This document shows, in pieces, positions 26,066 to 32,657 of a stretch of DNA of 64,000 nt. Origin of the DNA: Bacteroidia bacterium (GTDB taxonomy: Bacteria > Bacteroidota > Bacteroidia > NS11-12g > UBA955); contig JAOASJ010000101.1 of NCBI GenBank assembly GCA_030158725.1, forward strand, positions 26,101-90,100. The letters are read 5' to 3'. Positions within the stretch are counted from its first letter, which is position 1, and every line of letters begins with the position of its first letter. The translations under genes were made by a program, and so were the position numbers. Below the pieces are notes generated by a model that worked only from the letters and a program-made list of their open reading frames with translations, ran no database searches and was not told the DNA's origin.

Positions 26066-27508
26066 TTATTGGTAAATTTGTATCATGTTCTTGAACTCTT
26101 CATCTTCATCGATGAGCGTGTGACAAAACAATTTAACACTCTCTAAAGTGTCTTCAAAATTATGAATTAATCTTGACATGATAACTTCTTTGTTTTTATT
26201 TGAAGGATTTTGATCGTATTTAATTACGTTTAGAACGCAATTTAAATCATCCCTACACTCTGGAATAGTTTGTATTTCAAAGATCAAATCTTCCAATAAA
26301 CTATCCATTTCAGAAATGTACAATACCGAAGCAAGTTCTTTCCAATTTTCAATTATAAGTTCTTTATTATCAAACTTTAATTCGTTGTAAATTGCTTCAA
26401 TTTCTTCATTCCTTTCTAAATCTGAAAAACAACTAAGGATACCTTTCAAAGCAGCAAAATCACTTTTGTCTTCTTTGTAAACTTTTTCAAAATAAGGAAG
26501 TGCTTTTCTCGCTTGTTTTTCAGTCAAGAAAGAATATCCAATTAAGTAATTATATTCAGGTAGAATATCTTCAAGACCTTGCGCCTTTTTTATGTAGTTT
26601 CTCGCTAATACAGGCTCTTCAATGCCTAAATAGCATCTTGCAATACAAATATAAGGATATACATCTCCGTTGTTTTTAATACACTGCAAGTAGTTTTCAA
26701 TAGCTTTGTTGTATTCTCCTTTGTTTTCATATAATCCAGCCAAATTAAAGAATGCATTTTTAGAATCTTTGTTTGCCAAACTTGAGTATTCATAAGCCTC
26801 GAGAGCTAGTTCTTTCAAGTCGGTCATTTCATAAATCCTACCCAATTGATACCAGGCTAAATACGAATAAGGGTTAGAATCTATGATTTTTTTAAAGTAT
26901 AATGTAGCTTGATCAAATAGGCTATTGCTTATAAAATTCAAGGCCAATTGATTATATAAAATCTCATTTTCAGGATATCTTTTCAATCCCTTTTCTATTA
27001 TTTTGTTTGCCTTTGCTACTTCTTCGTTTTGAGATAGTAACTGACCATAACTGTTATAAACATCTACAACAAATTCTTCATCTTCAAATTCAGCAAACTC
27101 TAATGCAAGAATAAAGGACTCCTCTGCTTCAGATGGTCTATCTAAATCACACATAATTTCACCTTCCATTTTGTGAATTACTGCATTGTATGGCTCTAAA
27201 GATTTGGCAAGGACAATTAATTTTAATGCCTCTTCATAATTACTGCCCATACAAAGGATACTTGCTTTTTCAACTAAAAAATCAACTTTATTAGGATATA
27301 AATAAAGACCATGATTAATAATTGTCATCTGATCTTTGTGCTGATTGTTTAAGAAAAAATGGTAAGACAAAGCTTCTATTTCTTCTTCGCTAAAAAATAT
27401 AGATTGGTCAGAGTTTAATTGATTGAATTTTTTTAGGGTTTCATCAATGTCTGTTTGACTGAAAAAGTCTTCACTCCCTGCTTCATTATCATCAAAATCA
27501 TCAAACAT
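26066..27508 (-). CDS. tetratricopeptide repeat protein
   Basis: 480 aa with multiple 34-aa TPR-like units (A..Y...L...P....A...LG..Y). It is the first gene of the unit with comA and yqeY. Confidence 0.8.
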   Translation of the reverse strand: MFDDFDDNEAGSEDFFSQTDIDETLKKFNQLNSDQSIFFSEEEIEALSYHFFLNNQHKDQMTIINHGLYLYPNKVDFLVEKASILCMGSNYEEALKLIVLAKSLEPYNAVIHKMEGEIMCDLDRPSEAEESFILALEFAEFEDEEFVVDVYNSYGQLLSQNEEVAKANKIIEKGLKRYPENEILYNQLALNFISNSLFDQATLYFKKIIDSNPYSYLAWYQLGRIYEMTDLKELALEAYEYSSLANKDSKNAFFNLAGLYENKGEYNKAIENYLQCIKNNGDVYPYICIARCYLGIEEPVLARNYIKKAQGLEDILPEYNYLIGYSFLTEKQARKALPYFEKVYKEDKSDFAALKGILSCFSDLERNEEIEAIYNELKFDNKELIIENWKELASVLYISEMDSLLEDLIFEIQTIPECRDDLNCVLNVIKYDQNPSNKNKEVIMSRLIHNFEDTLESVKLFCHTLIDEDEEFKNMIQIYQ

Positions 27509-27524
27509 AATACAATTTAATAAA

Positions 27525-27532
27525 CAAAAGTA
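27525..27532 (-). promoter_or_regulatory. -7 box TACTTTTG, 16 nt upstream of the TPR-comA-yqeY unit
   Basis: Exact TAnnTTTG match. Confidence 0.55.
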
Positions 27533-27606
27533 GGAATTGACAGTCCAACTTATTCCATAACTTATTCACTACAAATATAAGTTAAAGATCACTTATTTTT
27601 GCAATA

Positions 27607-30498
27607 TTGAAACATCTTTTCTTATTTTATAGTTTGTGCTTTATAGCATTGAATTCTTGGGGTTTAACTGTCGAGAAGCAGGCAAGTTGGCAGCAAAAAA
27701 CGAGAATGAACATTGAAGCTTTATTAGACCCTGAAAATAAAGAGCTAAAAGCACATGTAGTCCTCCAGTATGAGAACAATTCTCCTGACACTTTGAATTA
27801 TATTGTTTTTAATGTTTGGGGCAATGCGTTTAGAGATCAAAATACTGCTTACGCAAAGCAATTATTAAGTCATGGAGAAGATGAGTTCTATTTTAGCCAA
27901 AAAAACGAAAAAGGCTATATGGATTCACTTAAATTCTTTGAGAAAGGGGTGATTTTAAAATGTAAAATAGATAGCCTGAACCCAGATATTCTGTATGTTT
28001 TTTTAAATCAGGCCTTGCTTCCAAATCAATCGATAAGCATAGTTTATTCCTACAATTATAAAATCCCTAAGCTATTATCAAGAGGAGGTTATAGCAAAGA
28101 TATCTTGGCCTTAACCCAATGGTATCCAAAGCCTGCAGTATATGATGTCAACAAATGGAATCCAATGCCTTATTTGGAGCAGGGTGAGTTTTATAGTGAG
28201 TATTGTGAAAATATTTCTGTTACTATTAAACTACCTAGAGAATATGTAATGGCTGCTACAGGTAATTTAACAAATAATAAAAATTCTTTAGGTAAAAATG
28301 GCCAAAGTTTGAAGGAGTTAACCTACACAGAAAATAATATTCATGATTTTGCTTTTTTTGCCAGTAAAAATTTTAATTTGATGAGCCAAAAAGTCAAATT
28401 GAAAAATGGAGACTCGGTAATGATAGAGTTGTATACAACAGATTCTTTTCCAAATGAAAAGAAATATGCTAAGAATAGTAATGTATTATCTTATATTGAA
28501 TTTGCTCTAAATTCTTACAATTCAATAGGTCGATACGCATATAAAACTTGTAAAGTTGTAATAGGTCCTCAAAATGCAGGAGAAGGTATGGAATACCCTA
28601 CAATTACAATCTGTAAAGACAATACAGCAGAAACAATATTTCATGAGGTAGGCCATAATTGGTTTTATGGAATGATTGGAAATAATGAAAGAGCGCATCC
28701 TTGGATGGATGAGAGTTTAAATACATACTTTAGTACCAAATTTGTTTATCAATTTGACGATAAAAATTCTCAAGATGTAATTATTGACAAGCAATTTTTC
28801 CAAAAACAGAGAAGTTCTGATTATGCCTTAAAACACAGTATGTTATTAAGTTATCAATTAACAGAAGTACAAGGAGTTAGGCAAGCAATTACATTGCCAT
28901 CTGATCAATTAAACAGTTATAATTATGGCATATTGTTGTATGCTAAAGGGCCACTTTTGTTTGCGTACCTAAACCAGTTTTTAGGTGATAGTATATTTAT
29001 GGCCTGTAACAACTATTATTTTGAAAAGTGGAAATTTAAACACCCTTTACCTAATGATATGAAAGCTTGTTTTGAAGCTGTATCTGGTCAAAATTTAGAT
29101 TGGTTTTTCAATGAATTACTAATAACAGACAAGCCAATTGATGTTGTTTATAAGCATGGCAATTATTTCATAAAAGGACTGCCATTGTTGGATTCTATAT
29201 GGTCAAATAAACGAACTATAAATCCTAATCCTTATGGCTTTTTGACTGAAAGTAACTTCAGTAATAATGGACAAAAGAAAACTTTGTTGTCTTTAAGAAT
29301 TCCAATTGGATTGCCCTCTTATCATGCCTTGATCAGTATGGATTTAATGCCAATTTTAGGGTATAATTACTACGATAAACTATATGCAGGATTTGTATTT
29401 AACCATCATTTTTTAAATGTAAAAAAGCTTCAATTTATAGCCATGCCTTCTTGGTCATTTACTCAGAAAAAGTTAATTGGATATACAAGGATTTCTAGTA
29501 GTATTTATAATAGCAATAATCGTTTATCTAGTATTGTTTTAGGGGTTCAAGGACAAACTTTTTCCTTGTCAATGGCGTCTCAAATAAATCAATATTATAG
29601 AATTAATCCTTTTATAAAATTTAATTTGATGTCTAAAAATATTAGTAAACAATTGGAAGAAAAATATATAATTTTAAATTTCATTAATACTGGAATAAAT
29701 CAAAAAACTTATCATGATACTAAGGACAGTATTGTTCAATTTCCAACATATTTGAATTGGAATTATTTAAAAGCATCGTATGTATATGATAACCATCATC
29801 CAATAAATAGAATTGGGTTTAAATGGAATTCTGAATACGGCTACAATTATGTGACAGGAAATGATAATTCTCAATACGCTAAAACATGGATAAACCTGGT
29901 TTATAAATACAAGTATGACAAAGGCAGAAAGTACTTCAGATCGGAGTTCTTTGGTGGTGTATTTTTGAAAAAGACAAGTGGGTTGGATGTAAGGATGTTT
30001 AGCGTTGCTAATAATGGCAATAATGATTATTTGTTTCAAGAAGCGTTACTTGGTCGCTCAGAGATTAGCACTGGCAATATCCTTTTAAGTAATCAATTAA
30101 TTTCAGGTGGAGGAAATATGAGAAATTTAATTCCGGTATCTTCAAGTGATAGATGGATGTTGGCTTTGAATAATGATGTTAATTTACCAGGTATTATTCC
30201 TTTGAAAATTTATCTAGACTTGGCCTATTTTGGTTATACCAATATAGTTAACCAAAATCAAATATTAACTAAACCAGATTTGTATTATACGGCTGGTTTG
30301 TCTTTAGAGTTATTTCACAATACCTTAGAAATCTTTGTTCCATTGGTTTATTCAAAACAATTTAAAGGGTATAGCAATTGGAATTATAATACGTTTAATT
30401 CTATTGGATTTAAATTGAACCTGAATCAGTTGGAGCCTACTAGATTAATCAGCAATTTAGTATTAGAGAATAAATTTAAAATTCAAGACAGCTTATAA
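27607..30498 (+). CDS. M1-family (gluzincin) metallopeptidase with large beta-rich C-terminal half
   Basis: 963 aa with a signal peptide and the gluzincin motif HEVGHNWFYG...WMDESLNTY (HExxH-X18-E). The C-terminal ~450 aa are Y/N/G-rich with an alternating hydrophobic pattern. The start is TTG. Confidence 0.8.
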   Translation: MKHLFLFYSLCFIALNSWGLTVEKQASWQQKTRMNIEALLDPENKELKAHVVLQYENNSPDTLNYIVFNVWGNAFRDQNTAYAKQLLSHGEDEFYFSQKNEKGYMDSLKFFEKGVILKCKIDSLNPDILYVFLNQALLPNQSISIVYSYNYKIPKLLSRGGYSKDILALTQWYPKPAVYDVNKWNPMPYLEQGEFYSEYCENISVTIKLPREYVMAATGNLTNNKNSLGKNGQSLKELTYTENNIHDFAFFASKNFNLMSQKVKLKNGDSVMIELYTTDSFPNEKKYAKNSNVLSYIEFALNSYNSIGRYAYKTCKVVIGPQNAGEGMEYPTITICKDNTAETIFHEVGHNWFYGMIGNNERAHPWMDESLNTYFSTKFVYQFDDKNSQDVIIDKQFFQKQRSSDYALKHSMLLSYQLTEVQGVRQAITLPSDQLNSYNYGILLYAKGPLLFAYLNQFLGDSIFMACNNYYFEKWKFKHPLPNDMKACFEAVSGQNLDWFFNELLITDKPIDVVYKHGNYFIKGLPLLDSIWSNKRTINPNPYGFLTESNFSNNGQKKTLLSLRIPIGLPSYHALISMDLMPILGYNYYDKLYAGFVFNHHFLNVKKLQFIAMPSWSFTQKKLIGYTRISSSIYNSNNRLSSIVLGVQGQTFSLSMASQINQYYRINPFIKFNLMSKNISKQLEEKYIILNFINTGINQKTYHDTKDSIVQFPTYLNWNYLKASYVYDNHHPINRIGFKWNSEYGYNYVTGNDNSQYAKTWINLVYKYKYDKGRKYFRSEFFGGVFLKKTSGLDVRMFSVANNGNNDYLFQEALLGRSEISTGNILLSNQLISGGGNMRNLIPVSSSDRWMLALNNDVNLPGIIPLKIYLDLAYFGYTNIVNQNQILTKPDLYYTAGLSLELFHNTLEIFVPLVYSKQFKGYSNWNYNTFNSIGFKLNLNQLEPTRLISNLVLENKFKIQDSL

Positions 30499-30510
30499 TT
30501 TATTGAATAA

Positions 30511-30542
30511 AAAAAACCGTCAGCAATTAGCGGACGGTTTTT
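30511..30542. terminator. bidirectional hairpin terminator between the M1 peptidase gene and the H1-like gene
   Basis: Stem AAAACCGTC / GACGGTTTT, flanked by an A-run and a T-run. It lies between the stops at 30498 (+) and 30565 (-). Confidence 0.8.
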
Positions 30543-30564
30543 CAGAGAGGTTAAAAGTAATATT

Positions 30565-30918
30565 TTACTTTTTAGCTGATTTTTTAGCTTTAGCTTTAGG
30601 AGCAGCTTTTTTAGCTTTAGCTTTAGGAGCAGCTTTAGCCTTTGGAGCAGCTTTTGCTTTAGCTTTAGGAGCAGCTTTAGCTTTTGGAGCAGCTTTCGCT
30701 TTAGCTTTAGGAGCAGCTTTAGCTTTTGGAGCAGCTTTCGCTTTAGCCTTAGGAGCAGCTTTAGCCTTTGGAGCAGCTTTTGCTTTAGCTTTAGGAGCAG
30801 CTTTAGCCTTTGGAGCAGCTTTAGCTTTAGCTTTTGGAGCAGCTTTAGCTTTTGCTTTCGCTTTCGGTGCTGCTTTTGTAGCTTTTGCTTTTGCAGCTGG
30901 TTTTTTTGATGTTGCCAT
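30565..30918 (-). CDS. histone H1-tail-like Lys/Ala/Pro repeat protein (putative nucleoid-associated protein)
   Basis: 117 aa: MATSKKPAAKAKATKAAPKAKAKAK then alternating AAPKAKAK and AAPKAK units, ending KKSAKK. It has an ATG start, lies 26 nt downstream of the SET gene on the same strand, and is followed by a hairpin terminator. The composition is like the eukaryotic H1 C-terminal domain, chlamydial Hc1/Hc2 and AlgP. Confidence 0.75.
   Translation of the reverse strand: MATSKKPAAKAKATKAAPKAKAKAKAAPKAKAKAAPKAKAAPKAKAKAAPKAKAAPKAKAKAAPKAKAAPKAKAKAAPKAKAAPKAKAKAAPKAKAAPKAKAKKAAPKAKAKKSAKK
30590..30850. repeat. 42-bp in-frame tandem repeat array (about 5 regular units plus degenerate flanks) inside the H1-like gene
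   Basis: TAGGAGCAGC recurs at 30624, 30666, 30708, 30750 and 30792, spaced exactly 42 bp apart. Each unit encodes KAKAKAAPKAKAAP on the minus strand. Confidence 0.9.
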
Positions 30919-30944
30919 ATTTATAAATATTAAATTGGGTTTTT

Positions 30945-31328
30945 TTATTTGTTTAGATCTGAGTGCATATCACCATAATCTATGGTAATTTCTTCACCTG
31001 CTTTTATCGTTTTTAATGCCTTATAGATCATTACTCCGTCTTTTATTTTTTTTATGTAATCTGCATTCGGTTTTGCTGAATGGTTGTATAAAGATCCAAA
31101 TCCTAAAACGATTGCGACATTTTTTTTACTTGTATTCCAAACGAATGTATAGTTTTCTAAAATGTGCCCAACCAAAGTCTGATGTTCCTTATAACTCAAC
31201 TCGATTACAGGGCAAATTTCAATAAGATCACCTTTCTTTAAAACTTTAGATGTAAACACACCGCGACCCTTGTGTCCTGCATTAGATACAAATAAATTTG
31301 TATTACTTATGTTATACTCCTTTTTCAC
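30945..31328 (-). CDS. SET domain protein-lysine methyltransferase
   Basis: 127 aa with a GTG start. SET signatures are GHKGRGVFTS, LYNHSAKPNA (NHSCxPN-like) and AGEEITIDYG (GEELxxDY-like). A -7 box lies 18 nt upstream. Confidence 0.85.
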   Translation of the reverse strand: MKKEYNISNTNLFVSNAGHKGRGVFTSKVLKKGDLIEICPVIELSYKEHQTLVGHILENYTFVWNTSKKNVAIVLGFGSLYNHSAKPNADYIKKIKDGVMIYKALKTIKAGEEITIDYGDMHSDLNK

Positions 31329-31346
31329 TCAATTAATTTAATGCGT

Positions 31347-31354
31347 CAAAAATA
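31347..31354 (-). promoter_or_regulatory. -7 box TATTTTTG, 18 nt upstream of the SET gene start
   Basis: Exact TAnnTTTG match. There is no second box between the SET gene and the H1-like gene. Confidence 0.55.
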
Positions 31355-31527
31355 TGAAAGTTTCTCAAACTATTGCTATTTCTATAATATATCTATTCAC
31401 ATTTTATCAAATAAGTAATTATTATAAAGTCAAATTAGTTGACTAATAATTTTTATTTTCAATAATTTTTGAATGAGTTATTGACATTACATTGATGGAA
31501 TTATTCAATAATGATGCGATTAATTAA

Positions 31528-32043
31528 CTAAAAACTATTTATTACGTTTTTTATCATAACGAAATCATTCATTAGATATGATTCTCCAATATCAAAATCT
31601 TCTACAGATTCAATAGTGAAACCGTTTTTAAAATAGAAGTTTATTGCTTTGAAATTTTGACGATTTACTGTTAATTTTAATTTGTAATTATGGATATTAT
31701 ATAAACCATTTATCACATTAATTATTTCATGCATGACATTGCTGCCAAGGTTCTGTCTGTGCTGCTCTGGAAGAATATAGAATTTATGAATAAAGTATGT
31801 GCTAATGTCTTGTTGACTCAATGAAACGAATCCTAGAAATTCAGATTGATTTTTAATAAAATAAAAGTCTTGACCATTTTTAATTTGCAATTTTAATGCA
31901 TCATTTGAATAGAACTTGTTCAACATATATTCAATCTGATTGATGCTTATAATTTCTATGTAATATTTTTTCCATATCAATTCAGCCATCTCTGCAATTT
32001 TAGATAGTTCTTCTTCTTTTGTCTTTATTATTTTGATTTCCAT
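31528..32043 (-). CDS. GNAT family N-acetyltransferase
   Basis: 171 aa with an acetyl-CoA binding-like segment (ILPEQHRQNLGSNVMHEI) and a C-terminal INFYFKNGF motif. Confidence 0.8.
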   Translation of the reverse strand: MEIKIIKTKEEELSKIAEMAELIWKKYYIEIISINQIEYMLNKFYSNDALKLQIKNGQDFYFIKNQSEFLGFVSLSQQDISTYFIHKFYILPEQHRQNLGSNVMHEIINVINGLYNIHNYKLKLTVNRQNFKAINFYFKNGFTIESVEDFDIGESYLMNDFVMIKNVINSF

Positions 32044-32064
32044 TTCTCGCTTAAGATTCTTTCA

Positions 32065-32072
32065 CAAATATA
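32065..32072 (-). promoter_or_regulatory. -7 box TATATTTG, 21 nt upstream of the GNAT ATG at 32043
   Basis: Exact TAnnTTTG match. Confidence 0.55.
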
Positions 32073-32122
32073 ATTTTATTCTTGCTTTAAACTTTTATGT
32101 AATTTAGTTCGAAATGTTCTTT

Positions 32123-32130
32123 TATTTTTG
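32123..32130 (+). promoter_or_regulatory. -7 box TATTTTTG, 27 nt upstream of the GNAT ATG at 32158
   Basis: Exact TAnnTTTG match. Confidence 0.55.
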
Positions 32131-32157
32131 AATCAAAATTATAATACAATTAAATCG

Positions 32158-32604
32158 ATGAGCAAAGTTGAGTGCAAACTAATAGAATTCGGATCTGAGG
32201 AATATAAACATAGTATAGAGTTAAGAAGGAAGGTTTTACGTAAACCTCTAGGCTTGGACTTTACACCTAACGATCTAAATGCAGAGCATGATCAGTTTCA
32301 TTTTGCTATTTTTGATAATGGAATTTTAATTGGTATTTTGTTGCTAAAGACAATGAAAGATATTAGCCCAAGTATTTTAAAAATGCGCCAAGTGGCTATA
32401 GATCCTGAGTATCAAAGTAAAGGTTTCGGAAGTATACTTGTTAGATTCTCAGAACAATGGGCAATTGAAAGTGGATTTAATTTGATTGAGTTAAATGCTC
32501 GAAATACTGCTGTTCAGTTTTATAAGAATTTAGATTATAAAGAAATCGGCAATGAATTTTTAGAAGTGAATATACCACACATTAAAATGATTAAAAATTT
32601 CTGA
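32158..32604 (+). CDS. GNAT family N-acetyltransferase
   Basis: Motif A is RQVAIDPEYQSKGFGSILV, with a downstream AVQFYKNLDY. I prefer the ATG at 32158 because the track's TTG at 32128 lies inside the -7 box TATTTTTG (32123..32130). Confidence 0.85.
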   Translation: MSKVECKLIEFGSEEYKHSIELRRKVLRKPLGLDFTPNDLNAEHDQFHFAIFDNGILIGILLLKTMKDISPSILKMRQVAIDPEYQSKGFGSILVRFSEQWAIESGFNLIELNARNTAVQFYKNLDYKEIGNEFLEVNIPHIKMIKNF

Positions 32605-32657
32605 TTTTAGTACATATGTAGTACGATAAAATTAAGTTTTTTTTGCAATTTCGTAAA

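Noticed and set aside
27594-27609. Leaderless TTG start for the M1 peptidase taken as firm
   Set aside because: The box-to-TTG spacing (5 nt) fits the leaderless pattern, but a leaderless mRNA with a TTG start seems questionable to me. An unrecognised upstream promoter is equally possible. I mention it only as a weak member of the pattern.
30503-30988. 161-aa plus-strand ORF (..ALALGAAFALALGAALAFG..) covering the H1-like gene
   Set aside because: It is the antisense reading of the GCT/AAA-rich 42-bp repeats. The frame is stop-free only because of the repeat composition. It starts inside the bidirectional terminator and has no promoter box. The minus-strand K/A/P protein has an ATG start, an operon context and a terminator.
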